This document shows, one piece after another, positions 27,563 through 36,339 of a stretch of 64,000 nucleotides of DNA. The DNA lies in contig JBAZTS010000003.1 of the NCBI GenBank assembly GCA_041661795.1, forward strand, positions 3,939 through 67,938, read 5' to 3'. The DNA is from Minisyncoccota bacterium (GTDB lineage: Bacteria; Patescibacteriota; Minisyncoccia; UBA6257; JAGOQP01). The notes under the pieces are model-generated. The model was not told where the DNA came from and did not search any database. It saw only the letters and a list, made by a program, of their open reading frames with translations. The translations under genes and the position numbers were made by a program. Position 1 is the first letter of the stretch, and each line of letters begins with the position of its first letter.

Positions 27563-30022
27563 TTAAAAACAAATTATGGCTACAATTTTGTCGTTATCTT
27601 TTAAACGCATTACCCTAACTCCACTGGTGGCCCTAGCGCTTTGTCTAACATCAGAAATCTTTGTTTTAATAATTTGTCCTTTGGCGGAGAGAACAATTAC
27701 TTCTTCTTCCGCGCTTATTACTTTACAAGCTACCACATTTCCTGTTTTTGGATTAATCTTGGCGGTTTTTATTCCCTGCCCTCCCCTAGATTGAACTTTG
27801 TATTCTTTTAGAGATGTTTGCTTGGCAAAACCATGTTCCATAATAATCAATAATTTTTCACCTTTATTTACAATATCAATTCCAATAACAGAGTCAGCGC
27901 TTTTTAGTTTGATTCCCCTAATACCAGCAGCGGTTCTTCCCATCGGTCTTAGTTGAGATTCTTTAAATCTGATCGCCTGCCCTTTAGCGGTCACTAAAAT
28001 TATTTCATCTTTTCCAAAGGACGGTTTTACCCATTTAAGAAAGTCCCCTTTTTTCAAGTTAATGGCTATAATTCCACTTCTCCTGACGTTAGAAAAATCT
28101 TCTATGGGAACTTTCTTAATTATCCCTTTAGAAGTAGCCATAACTAAATATTTAATATCTTCTGATTTATCGCTGTAAGTAACAATAGCCCCAATTCCTT
28201 CCGAAGGAGGAATATCCAAAAAATTATGGATAATTTTCCCTTTGGCGGTTCTTGAACCAACGGGAATTTCATAGACCTTGGTCTGATAAACTTTTCCGCT
28301 GTCGGTGAAAAAAAGAATATTGTCGTGCGTGTTAGCATATAAAAGATTGGTAAGAAAATCATCCTCTCCAACCTCCGAACCGATAAGCCCCTTTCCTCCC
28401 CTGCCCTGAACTTTAAACGTGTCGGGGTTGATTCTTTTTATATATCCACTAGAAGACAACGTAATTATCGCCTCTTCTTGAGCTATTAAATCTTCGTCCT
28501 TAAATTCGGTTAGTCCCGATTCAATGATTTGAGTTCTTCGTGGGTCGCCATATTTTTCTTTCATCTCTAAAAGCTCTCGCTCTATAACTTCAAGTATCTT
28601 TTTAGGCGAAGACAAAATGGTTTCTAGGTCTTTTATTATCTTTTTCTTTTCTTTGAGCTCGTCTTCAATTTTTTGTCTTTCCAACGAAGCCAAGGTTTGT
28701 AATTTCATTTCTAAAATGGCGGTAGTTTGAACATCGGTAAATTTAAATTTGCTCATTAAATTTTTATGAGCTTCTTCTTTATTTTTAGATTTTTTAATTG
28801 TAGAAATAACCGCATCAATATGGTCTAGGGCCTTGGAAAGACCATCTAAAATATGAGCCCGATCTTTGGCTTTGGTTAAATCAAACTGGGTTCTTCTTTT
28901 TATAACAATTTGTCTGTGTAGAAGATATTGCTCTAATACCTCTTTTAGGGAAAGTAGTTGCGGTTGAATTCCATTAACCAGTCCTATCATATTTAAATGA
29001 AAGTCCTTTTGCAGTTCGGTGTTTTTAAAAAGCTGGTTTAAAAGTTTTTGGGGAGCAACGTCATTTTTTAACTCAACCACAATAGAAAGTCCGTCCTTAT
29101 CGCTTTCATCTCTTAAATCTTTTATTCCTTCTATTTTTTTGTCTCCTACTAATTGAGCAATTTTTTGTATAAGTTCAGATTTGTTTACCTGATAAGGAAT
29201 TTCTGAAATGGAAATATTATATTGACCGGCTTTTCTTTCAACGATTTCGGCTTTAGCTCTACAAGTAATAGACCCTTGGCCGGTTGAATAAATTTCGGCC
29301 ATGTTCTTGGCCCCATGGATTATTCCACCCGTAGGAAAATCTGGTCCCTTGACATGTTTTACCAACTGAACGGTTGAGATTGAGGGATCTTTTATGATAG
29401 CCAGTGTGGCGTCAATAATTTCCCCCAAATTATGTGGAAAAATATTTGTCGCCATACCAACGGCTATACCCATAGAACCATAAATCAGAAGATGAGGAAT
29501 TTTTGAAGGAAGGACCGTGGGCTCGTTTCTGGAAGAATCATAGTTTGGAATAAAATCAACCGTGTCTTTTTCTATATCAATTAAAAGTTCTTCGGCAATT
29601 TTTGAGAGACGACACTCGGTGTATCTCATAGCGGCCGCATTATCTCCATCAACGCTTCCCCAGTTGCCCTGACCATCAATCAACGGATAACGCAAGGAAA
29701 AACCCTGAGCCATTCTTACCATAGCATCATAAACCGAAGAATCACCATGTGGATGGTATCTTCCTAAAACCTCTCCAACAACGTTAGCGGATTTTCTGTA
29801 TTTGGCCGAATGAGTCAGTCCAGAGTCCCACATGGCCCAAAGGATTCTCCTATGAACCGGTTTTAATCCATCTCTAACATCGGGAAGGGCGCGGGTGACA
29901 ATAACCGACATAGCATAATCCAAATAAGAGGTTTCTAATTCTTTGGTTATTTCGGTCTGAACAACTCCTTGTGTCACCTCAATATTTTGATTTTTTTCTT
30001 TCTCCTGTTTGTCTTTTGCCAT
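27563..30022 (-). CDS. gyrA: DNA gyrase subunit A
   Basis: Active-site region AMRYTE(C)RL, GyrA box, [20 protein letters not shown]-terminal beta-pinwheel repeats. 819 aa. Confidence 0.95.
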   Translation of the reverse strand: MAKDKQEKEKNQNIEVTQGVVQTEITKELETSYLDYAMSVIVTRALPDVRDGLKPVHRRILWAMWDSGLTHSAKYRKSANVVGEVLGRYHPHGDSSVYDAMVRMAQGFSLRYPLIDGQGNWGSVDGDNAAAMRYTECRLSKIAEELLIDIEKDTVDFIPNYDSSRNEPTVLPSKIPHLLIYGSMGIAVGMATNIFPHNLGEIIDATLAIIKDPSISTVQLVKHVKGPDFPTGGIIHGAKNMAEIYSTGQGSITCRAKAEIVERKAGQYNISISEIPYQVNKSELIQKIAQLVGDKKIEGIKDLRDESDKDGLSIVVELKNDVAPQKLLNQLFKNTELQKDFHLNMIGLVNGIQPQLLSLKEVLEQYLLHRQIVIKRRTQFDLTKAKDRAHILDGLSKALDHIDAVISTIKKSKNKEEAHKNLMSKFKFTDVQTTAILEMKLQTLASLERQKIEDELKEKKKIIKDLETILSSPKKILEVIERELLEMKEKYGDPRRTQIIESGLTEFKDEDLIAQEEAIITLSSSGYIKRINPDTFKVQGRGGKGLIGSEVGEDDFLTNLLYANTHDNILFFTDSGKVYQTKVYEIPVGSRTAKGKIIHNFLDIPPSEGIGAIVTYSDKSEDIKYLVMATSKGIIKKVPIEDFSNVRRSGIIAINLKKGDFLKWVKPSFGKDEIILVTAKGQAIRFKESQLRPMGRTAAGIRGIKLKSADSVIGIDIVNKGEKLLIIMEHGFAKQTSLKEYKVQSRGGQGIKTAKINPKTGNVVACKVISAEEEVIVLSAKGQIIKTKISDVRQSARATSGVRVMRLKDNDKIVAIICF

Positions 30023-30042
30023 CTTAAATTAACAAAAAAATA

Positions 30043-30324
30043 TTATTTTATTATATTTGAAATATTATCTATTCCGGTTACCATTTTTTCTCTTACTATA
30101 GAAATCCCATTTTTAAATGACCCCCAGAATTCCGAAAAGCTTCCCTCTTGCTCCTTAATAGCGATGTCTTTTTCTCCCAAAGACCTAAACACGGAACCAA
30201 AAATAATTATCCATACCAAAAAAATAAAACCAAATAAAGAAATAACTGTTATAAAAAACCATTTCTTCCTGGTCCCAAAATCTCCGTATCTGACTTTGTT
30301 TATTTTATCTATTAAATCACTCAT
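30043..30324 (-). CDS. Small hypothetical membrane protein
   Basis: 93 aa with one TM helix (FFITVISLFGFIFLVWIIIFG). Between gyrA and the MBL hydrolase gene. Confidence 0.35.
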   Translation of the reverse strand: MSDLIDKINKVRYGDFGTRKKWFFITVISLFGFIFLVWIIIFGSVFRSLGEKDIAIKEQEGSFSEFWGSFKNGISIVREKMVTGIDNISNIIK

Positions 30325-30328
30325 CCTT

Positions 30329-30976
30329 CTAAAATTTTAACTGAACAATTTTTGTCTTTTTTATTTCCTCTAAATCCTTTTTCTTAAAAACAAACTTCTC
30401 TTCACTTTTTAAGACATCGCCGTTAAAATTGGAAATAAAACTTTTAATATCCAACGTTTTTCTTTTTAATCCATCAATTTTATAGAAAGAAGGAATAAAC
30501 ACTTTGGGATTTATTTGCCTGACCAATTTAAGCATAGCATCCTGAGAAACAAAGGGGGTTCCTCCGACTGGTCCTATAACAACATCCACCTCTTCCATAT
30601 TTTCTAACGCTTGAGTGGGTAATTCCTCAGAGAGATGCCCCAACACTCCCAGAGTTATGTCGTCCCACTTAATAACAAAAACAGATTTAAAAAATTTTTC
30701 AGATGATTCTTTGGGCAGGGAAAAACCCTTAATTGAAACTCCCTTAAAATCATACTCGCCCGCCCCTATAACAGAAAAGTCGGCCTGATTATTATCGGTC
30801 GATTGGGGCCAGGGGCTTATGCTTTTTATAAGAATATCTGTTTTGAATCGAGGGGGTGTTATTCCAGAAGAAGCTTCCGGTGGATCCAACAAAACAGAGG
30901 TTTCTCCGTTTTGAATTTTAAAACACCCTTCTCCGTGCCAAGTTATTACCATAACAGAATGTAATTTTATCACCAA
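30329..30976 (-). CDS. MBL-fold metallo-hydrolase
   Basis: N-terminal HGEGCF...LLDPP resembles the start of a metallo-beta-lactamase fold. No full HxHxDH motif was seen. Confidence 0.4.
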   Translation of the reverse strand: MVIKLHSVMVITWHGEGCFKIQNGETSVLLDPPEASSGITPPRFKTDILIKSISPWPQSTDNNQADFSVIGAGEYDFKGVSIKGFSLPKESSEKFFKSVFVIKWDDITLGVLGHLSEELPTQALENMEEVDVVIGPVGGTPFVSQDAMLKLVRQINPKVFIPSFYKIDGLKRKTLDIKSFISNFNGDVLKSEEKFVFKKKDLEEIKKTKIVQLKF

Positions 30977-31194
30977 AAAACTTGCTTTGCAAATGTTTTT
31001 CTAGTATCATTCTTTTTACGCTTTTGGCAAATAAAGCAATTATTATTAAAAAGCCCTGCCCACCAGTGACTGAATGATGTTTTTGGGTAATCCCGTTGTT
31101 CCAAGCACCTTAGATAGGTTTTTACCAAAGAACAGAGCAAGGGTAATGGCAGGCGGGCAAAAATGGTGGTTTGCTATAAAAACCACAAAGTATT

Positions 31195-32328
31195 ATGAAG
31201 ATAAAACCATCAGAAGATTCAAAAAAGAGTAATCCTCTTTTTTATTTATTAAAAAATAACCCAAACTTATTAACGCCGCCAAAGGAAGGAGACACCTTTG
31301 ATGCTGAGCTACTATATAAGGACGAACGCAGAGCCTATTTTGATTTAGAAGGAAAAAGCACTGGAATCGTCTTTGGATTAGAGTTTATTAATGCAAAAGA
31401 CATAATAAAAGGATTGGAAATCGGTCAAAAAACGACTATTACGATTACCAATCCGGAAAATAATGACGGAGAAACAGAAATTTCTTTAGTTAAAGCCCTT
31501 TGGCAACAGAACTGGCAGGAAATAAAGAGGTCTAAAGACGCGTCAGAACCAGTGGTGGTTAAAATATTAGGAGCTAATAGTGGTGGACTGATGGCCGAGC
31601 TTTATGGAATTAAGGCGTTCGTCCCAGTTTCTCAGCTTTCGGCCCAAAATTATCCTCACGTTGAAGATGGTGATAAAAATAAAATCTTAGACGAACTAAA
31701 AAAATTCATAGGAAAAGATATGGAAGTAAAGGTATTGGATTTTAACCCTAAGGCCGATAAATTAATACTTTCAGAAAAAGAACTAACTGGAGAAGGAGTT
31801 AAAAAATCGCTGGAAAATTATAAAATTGGAGATACTGTTGATATTATAGTTTCTGGGGTGGCTGATTTTGGAGTTTTTGTTAAATTTGCCGACGATCTAA
31901 ATATTGAGGGTCTAGTTCACATATCCGAGATAGACCATAAACTCATAGATTCACCAAAGGAAATTGTTAAGGTTAACGATCTACTTAAAGCTAAAATAAT
32001 AGAAATTAAAGACGGCAAGGTCTCTTTGTCCTTCAAGGCCTTAAAACCAAATCCTTGGGATAAGGCGTTGGAATTTTTCAAAGAAGAACAAGAAGTCAAA
32101 GGAACCGTAACAAAGTTTAATCCTTTTGGAGCTTTAATTTTTTTGGGAAACGACTTACAAGGATTAATTCACATCTCCGAATTTTCCGCCCAAGGCGGAT
32201 CCGCCTCTGGCGGAGAAAGTAATATGGAAAAAATGAAAGAGACGATTGAGGTTGGAAAAGAGTACACATTTGTTGTCTCACAATTAAAACCTGACGAGAA
32301 AAGAATTATTCTAAAACTCAAAAAATAA
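31195..32328 (+). CDS. rpsA: S1-domain RNA-binding protein, short ribosomal protein S1 homologue
   Basis: At least three S1 repeats, for example GLVHISEIDHKLIDSPKEIVKVNDLLKAKIIEI and GLIHISEFSA...VGKEYTFVVSQL. Contains an in-frame GGSASGG insertion that matches a palindromic element. Confidence 0.6.
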   Translation: MKIKPSEDSKKSNPLFYLLKNNPNLLTPPKEGDTFDAELLYKDERRAYFDLEGKSTGIVFGLEFINAKDIIKGLEIGQKTTITITNPENNDGETEISLVKALWQQNWQEIKRSKDASEPVVVKILGANSGGLMAELYGIKAFVPVSQLSAQNYPHVEDGDKNKILDELKKFIGKDMEVKVLDFNPKADKLILSEKELTGEGVKKSLENYKIGDTVDIIVSGVADFGVFVKFADDLNIEGLVHISEIDHKLIDSPKEIVKVNDLLKAKIIEIKDGKVSLSFKALKPNPWDKALEFFKEEQEVKGTVTKFNPFGALIFLGNDLQGLIHISEFSAQGGSASGGESNMEKMKETIEVGKEYTFVVSQLKPDEKRIILKLKK

Positions 32329-32353
32329 TAAAACACTTGTGCAGATATATTAC

Positions 32354-32380
32354 AAAACCCGCTTCTGGCGGGTTTTGTTT
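32354..32380 (+). terminator. Rho-independent terminator
   Basis: AAAACCCGCTTCTGGCGGGTTTTGTTT. Confidence 0.75.
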
Positions 32381-32466
32381 AAAATTTGATTTTTATATTT
32401 TCAAATACTATAATTTCTACTCACTTTATACTTTTAAATTTATAATTTATACTTATACACACTGAA

Positions 32467-34320
32467 ATGAAAATCAACAAACCGTCAAATATTTTAAAAA
32501 ATATATTAGTTATCATCCTTGTGATCTTTTCCGTCCTTCTTTTTTTCTCGGCTTTTTATTCTCAGGAAGAAGAGACACAAAGCATAACTTTAAATGATTT
32601 AGTTACTCAAATTAACGGCGGCGGTATAACAAAAATTACCGTTCAAGGAGAGAGTATTTTTGTTGATTTGGTAAGTGGAGAAAAAGCCATAGCCAGAAAA
32701 GAAATGGAGTCGGGTTTATCAGAAACACTAAAAAACCTGGGAGTTGATCCACAAAAAATGTCCACCATCCCATTGGAGATAAAAGATGAGTCGGGTTTTA
32801 AATTGTGGGCCGGTGTTCTCTTACCAACCTTGATTCCAATAATAGTAATTGGCCTATTCTTTTGGTGGACTTTCAGGCAAGCAAAATCAGGGGCTTCACA
32901 GGCATTTAATTTTGGAAAATCAAACCTAAAGCTTTTTTCTCCTTTTAAAGACAGGATTACATTTGCCGATGTGGCTGGCCTCCAAGAATCAAAACAAGAA
33001 TTAATGGAGGTTGTTGATTTTCTAAAAAATCCAAAAAAATATCTGGATTTGGGAGCGGTTATTCCAAGAGGCGTTCTGCTTTTAGGAATGCCAGGAACCG
33101 GAAAGACGCTTTTGGCCAGAGCCGTAGCCGGAGAAGCTGAAGTCCCCTTCTTTCATATCAGCGCCTCTGAATTTGTTGAAATGTTTGTCGGCGTAGGAGC
33201 ATCAAGAACCCGTGACGCTTTTTCAACTGCCAAAAAAGCGGCTCCTTCTATATTATTCATAGATGAAATAGACGCCATCGGAAGAGAACGTGGAGCGGGC
33301 TTAGGAGGAGGACATGACGAAAGAGAGCAAACTTTAAATCAAATACTAGTTGAAATGGATGGATTTGAAAAAGAAAATCAAGTAATAGTACTTGCCGCTA
33401 CCAATAGACCGGACATTTTAGACCCAGCCCTTTTAAGACCGGGGCGTTTTGACAGAAGGGTGATTTTAGATCTTCCCGATTTAAACGACAGAGAACAAAT
33501 ACTTAAAATACACTCAAGAAATAAGGCCTTTTCTAAAGATGTTGATTTGAGAAAAATAGCCACAAGAACTCCGGGTTTTTCGGGAGCGGACCTGGCCAAT
33601 TTAATGAATGAAGGAGCAATACTGGCCGCTAGAAAAAATAAAAAACAAACAGAACAGGAAGATTTATATGAATCCATAGAAAAAGTTTTATTGGGTCCAG
33701 AAAGAAAATCGAGAGTTCTTAATAAAAAAGAAAGAGATATTACCGCCTATCATGAAGCTGGGCATGCTTTGGTCTCGGCCTGTTTAAAAGATGCTGACCC
33801 GGTTCATAAGGTTTCCATAATCGCTCGTGGGCAAGCCGGCGGATACACGTTAAAACTTCCTTTAGAAGACATGCATCTTAAAACCAGAAGACAATTTGTA
33901 GCTGATCTGGCTACTATGTTTGGAGGATACGCCACGGAAAAAATGGTTTTTGGAGACATTAGCACCGGAGCATCCAACGATCTTTCGGTTGCCTCTGATA
34001 TGGCCAGAAAATTGGTGACTAAGTATGGAATGAGTGAAAAATTTGGTCCGATAACTTTTGGGAAAACACAAGAATTGGTTTTTTTGGGAAAAGAAATTTC
34101 AACGGAAAAAAATTATTCGGAAGCTACCGCGCTTGAAATAGACAAAGAAGTGGGGAAATTTATAGAAACGGCCTATTCCTTGGCTAAAAAGATTATCAAA
34201 GACAAAAGAAAGGTTTTAGACATAATAGCCAAAACTCTTATGGATAAAGAAACGATAGAGAAAGATGCGTTTGATGAAATTATAAGAAAATCAAAGATAA
34301 AAAAAATAGAAATAAAATAA
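32467..34320 (+). CDS. ftsH: ATP-dependent zinc metalloprotease FtsH
   Basis: AAA Walker [19 protein letters not shown], second region of homology, and zinc site HEAGHAL. Confidence 0.95.
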   Translation: MKINKPSNILKNILVIILVIFSVLLFFSAFYSQEEETQSITLNDLVTQINGGGITKITVQGESIFVDLVSGEKAIARKEMESGLSETLKNLGVDPQKMSTIPLEIKDESGFKLWAGVLLPTLIPIIVIGLFFWWTFRQAKSGASQAFNFGKSNLKLFSPFKDRITFADVAGLQESKQELMEVVDFLKNPKKYLDLGAVIPRGVLLLGMPGTGKTLLARAVAGEAEVPFFHISASEFVEMFVGVGASRTRDAFSTAKKAAPSILFIDEIDAIGRERGAGLGGGHDEREQTLNQILVEMDGFEKENQVIVLAATNRPDILDPALLRPGRFDRRVILDLPDLNDREQILKIHSRNKAFSKDVDLRKIATRTPGFSGADLANLMNEGAILAARKNKKQTEQEDLYESIEKVLLGPERKSRVLNKKERDITAYHEAGHALVSACLKDADPVHKVSIIARGQAGGYTLKLPLEDMHLKTRRQFVADLATMFGGYATEKMVFGDISTGASNDLSVASDMARKLVTKYGMSEKFGPITFGKTQELVFLGKEISTEKNYSEATALEIDKEVGKFIETAYSLAKKIIKDKRKVLDIIAKTLMDKETIEKDAFDEIIRKSKIKKIEIK

Positions 34321-34332
34321 TCAATTCAACCA

Positions 34333-34367
34333 AAAATGACCCAAGATAAAAATGGGTCATTTTTTTA
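34333..34367 (+). terminator. Rho-independent terminator
   Basis: AAAATGACCCAAGATAAAAATGGGTCATTTTTTT. Confidence 0.75.
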
Positions 34368-34418
34368 TGAAACATTGAAACAATTTTTTTATTGATATAG
34401 AATTTGATAATTAAAATC

Positions 34419-34490
34419 GCGCCTGTAGCTCAGTGGTAGAGCGCTACTCTTATAAAGTAGATGTCGTAGGTTCGATCCCTACCAGGCGCA
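34419..34490 (+). tRNA. tRNA-Ile with anticodon UAU (decodes AUA)
   Basis: 72-nt cloverleaf: acceptor GCGCCTG/CAGGCGC, D-arm GCTC-AGTGGTA-GAGC, perfect anticodon stem CTACT/AGTAG with loop CTTATAA (U33, anticodon TAT, A37), T-arm GTAGG-TTCGATC-CCTAC. Confidence 0.7.
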
Positions 34491-34492
34491 CT

Positions 34493-35110
34493 ATGGATTG
34501 GCTCAATTCATTTATAGATCAATACTCCAATTTTGCTTATCTAATAGTATTCTTGGCAATAATAATCGAAGGAGACGTTTCTCTTCTTTTATTCGGAGCT
34601 TTAAGCAAAGAGCACTACGTCAAATTTTGGGAGGTTTATGTTATAGCCATAGTAGCCGCCGCTATCCACGATATTATATTTTGGAACATCGGCGATCGAA
34701 TCGCTAAATCCAACAGAACAAAATATTTATTTTTTGATTTTATAAAAGCCAAAGCTTTTTTAGAAAGAATGAGGCCCTTGGCTGGAATTTTTATATTTCT
34801 CTCTAAGTTTGCTTGGAATCTTAACAGGGTGGTTCTTGTTTGTGTTGGCTATATAAGGATAGATTTTAAAACATTTGTCAAGTACTCAATACCGGTGGCC
34901 ATTCTTTGGCCGTTAATATTTCTTTCTGTGGGGTATGTATTCGCCGACCAAACTCAGATATTTAAACAGAAGATTGAGATAGCCGGATTATTTATAATTG
35001 GCATTCTTGTTTTGTTGGTTGTGTTTGAATTGAAATTAAAAACAATTTTTAAAAAATATTTTTACGAAGATTCTGGTGTTGAAAAAAATGGCGGTTCTGA
35101 TGTAAAGTAA
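34493..35110 (+). CDS. DedA/VTT-domain family membrane protein
   Basis: The ORF-track start overlaps the tRNA, so the start is moved to the Met at 34493. AYLIVFLAIIIEGDVSLLLFGAL motif and multiple TM helices. Confidence 0.55.
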   Translation: MDWLNSFIDQYSNFAYLIVFLAIIIEGDVSLLLFGALSKEHYVKFWEVYVIAIVAAAIHDIIFWNIGDRIAKSNRTKYLFFDFIKAKAFLERMRPLAGIFIFLSKFAWNLNRVVLVCVGYIRIDFKTFVKYSIPVAILWPLIFLSVGYVFADQTQIFKQKIEIAGLFIIGILVLLVVFELKLKTIFKKYFYEDSGVEKNGGSDVK

Positions 35111-35122
35111 TACTGATTATAT

Positions 35123-35200
35123 GCACTCTTAGCTCAGTTGGCCCTAAAAATTTTATTGTAGTAAAATTTAACGGGTAAATTAGAGCGCTAGTTTATTCCC
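35123..35200 (+). pseudogene. tRNA-like fragment(s): copy of the tRNA-Val 5' end (GCACTCTTAGCTCAGTTGG) with insertion and a degenerate D/anticodon region, bracketed by a 10-bp inverted repeat
   Basis: CTGATTATAT (35113-35122) pairs with ATATAATCAG (35203-35212). Internal sequence matches the tRNA D-arm consensus but cannot form a cloverleaf. Confidence 0.4.
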
Positions 35201-35247
35201 GATTTGTTTCTGATATAATCAGAATTACAAATCGCAATCCTGCTTAT

Positions 35248-35301
35248 GGTGGGCGCATAGCTCAGTTGATTAGAGCGTCCGCCTCATTCACCCCGTTAGA
35301 T
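35248..35301 (+). pseudogene. Truncated tRNA 5' half (Met/Ile-CAU-like, ends at anticodon CAT), forming the left arm of an inverted repeat around tRNA-Val
   Basis: GGGCGCATAGCTCAGTTGATTAGAGCGTCCGCCTCAT has no 3' half. The outer 10-mer GGTGGGCGCA and inner CCCCGTTAGAT are mirrored at 35429-35438 and 35387-35397. Confidence 0.5.
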
Positions 35302-35307
35302 TTATGA

Positions 35308-35379
35308 GGGCACTTAGCTCAGTGGTAGAGCGACTCGTTTACACCGAGTAGGTCGGGGGTTCAATCCCTCCAGTGCCCA
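35308..35379 (+). tRNA. tRNA-Val (anticodon UAC)
   Basis: 72-nt cloverleaf: acceptor GGGCACT/AGTGCCC, anticodon stem ACTCG/CGAGT with loop TTTACAC, T-arm GGGGG-TTCAATC-CCTCC. Confidence 0.85.
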
Positions 35380-35453
35380 CAAAAAAATCTAACGGGGCAA
35401 GCGCAAAAACCCCATGTTTGAGCCCTGGTGCGCCCACCATGCGCGGGACATCG

Positions 35454-35508
35454 AGGAGGTCATAGGTTTCCGCCAGAGGCGGATCCGCCTCTGGCGGACA
35501 ATCCTCCA
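35454..35508. repeat. Long hairpin with a perfect 28-bp GC-rich palindrome centred on GGATCC
   Basis: CCGCCAGAGGCGGATCCGCCTCTGGCGG (35470-35497), flanked by GAGGAGG...CCTCC. The 20-mer GGCGGATCCGCCTCTGGCGG is identical to 32194-32213 inside rpsA. Confidence 0.8.
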
Positions 35509-35556
35509 GCACCCACTAAATAACAACTTTTTAGTGATATTAAAAAAAGCCAGTAT

Positions 35557-35582
35557 TTAAGCCGAAAGTGAGTTTCGGCTTA
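35557..35582. repeat. Perfect 11-bp-stem hairpin TTAAGCCGAAA-GTGAG-TTTCGGCTTAA
   Basis: Seen directly. Nearby T-runs on both strands. Possible terminator or structured element. Confidence 0.4.
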
Positions 35583-35636
35583 AAACCTAGCTTTTTTGAA
35601 AATTACCCATTTTCACCCCCAAAATATGGTTTAAAA

Positions 35637-35776
35637 TGTTTCACGTGAAACAATTTTTTTATTTTAAAGTGGCAAAGATGTGGCAATTCCATTTCCACTT
35701 GGTTTCCACTTTACCACCACACTAATAGTATTAGTGTGGTGGTTTATTTCCACTTTACAATGTTTCACGTGAAACA
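35637..35776. promoter_or_regulatory. Two copies of the perfect 16-bp palindrome TGTTTCACGTGAAACA flanking a TTTCCACTT repeat cluster and a 29-bp hairpin
   Basis: Palindromes at 35637-35652 and 35761-35776. TTTCCACTT at 35693-35701, 35703-35711 and 35747-35755. Hairpin CCACCACACTAATAGTATTAGTGTGGTGG at 35714-35742. TATAAT at 35794-35799 precedes the yraN ATG. Confidence 0.6.
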
Positions 35777-35805
35777 ATTTGTATCATTTTTGGTATAATA
35801 AAGGC

Positions 35806-36246
35806 ATGAATTACAATAAATTAGTTGGATCCACAGGTGAAGGCGTCGCCTGTGGATATCTTATGGAAAAGGGGTATAAAATATTATTTAGGAATTACGC
35901 TACTAAGTTTGGGGAGCTTGATATAATAACTAAATCACCAGATAAAACCTTAGTATTTTGCGAAGTAAAGTCGTTACTTTTAAAGCGGAAAGGAAGTGGC
36001 AATAAAGTGGAAAGTTATCCACAACAAAGTGGCAATAAAGTGGAAAACCTGTGGCAAACCAATTATACACCGGAGGACAATATGTCTGCGTCTAAGATAA
36101 AGAAGTTTAAAAAGATCGCCCAGTGGTACGCAAATCAGAATAATAACCTTATAGACGAATCAGTGGGTTACAGGTTGGACTTAATAGCTGTGGAATTATC
36201 AGATGTAGATGCTCCCATTATAAGACATTATGAGAATATAAGTTAG
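35806..36246 (+). CDS. yraN: YraN/UPF0102 family putative endonuclease with an internal repeat-encoded insertion
   Basis: GEGVACGYLMEKGYKILFRNYATKFGELDIIT...LVFCEVKS matches the YraN core. The insertion GSGNKVESYPQQSGNKVENL is encoded by two copies of AGTGGCAATAAAGTGGAAA around a consensus TTATCCACA. Confidence 0.6.
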   Translation: MNYNKLVGSTGEGVACGYLMEKGYKILFRNYATKFGELDIITKSPDKTLVFCEVKSLLLKRKGSGNKVESYPQQSGNKVENLWQTNYTPEDNMSASKIKKFKKIAQWYANQNNNLIDESVGYRLDLIAVELSDVDAPIIRHYENIS

Positions 36247-36339
36247 TTAAAAGTCAGGGGTCTGGATACTTGACAGAATTGCTTGTGTATATCCTAATAC
36301 TAACTTTATACTTTCTGCTTTATGCCTTATACTTAGCAT

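Noticed and set aside
32186-32214. The idea that the GGSASGG-encoding GGATCC segment in rpsA is a cloning linker or artefact.
   Set aside because: An identical 20-mer, extended to a perfect 28-bp palindrome, sits in native intergenic DNA 3 kb away, which argues for a genomic element. Read support should still be checked.
34433-34492. ORF-track N-terminus (MVERYSYKVDVVGSIPTRRT) of the DedA-family gene.
   Set aside because: It overlaps the tRNA-Ile gene on the same strand and is simply the tRNA sequence read in-frame. The start was moved to the Met at 34493.
35248-35440. A split or intron-containing tRNA: 5' half at 35250-35286, complementary acceptor 3' strand TGCGCCC + A + CCA at 35429-35441.
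   Set aside because: No matching anticodon-stem 3' strand or credible T-arm exists (TTTGAGC loop, mismatched stem). The sequence between the halves is itself a complete tRNA-Val. The mirrored arms are better read as an inverted repeat of tRNA-derived fragments.
35111-35600. Possible tmRNA or other long structured RNA in the 700-bp non-coding stretch.
   Set aside because: No tmRNA-type 5' end (GGGG...TTCGAC), no tag-peptide reading frame ending in ALAA-like residues, and no conserved RNase P or SRP motifs were spotted by eye. An Infernal scan is needed to exclude them formally.
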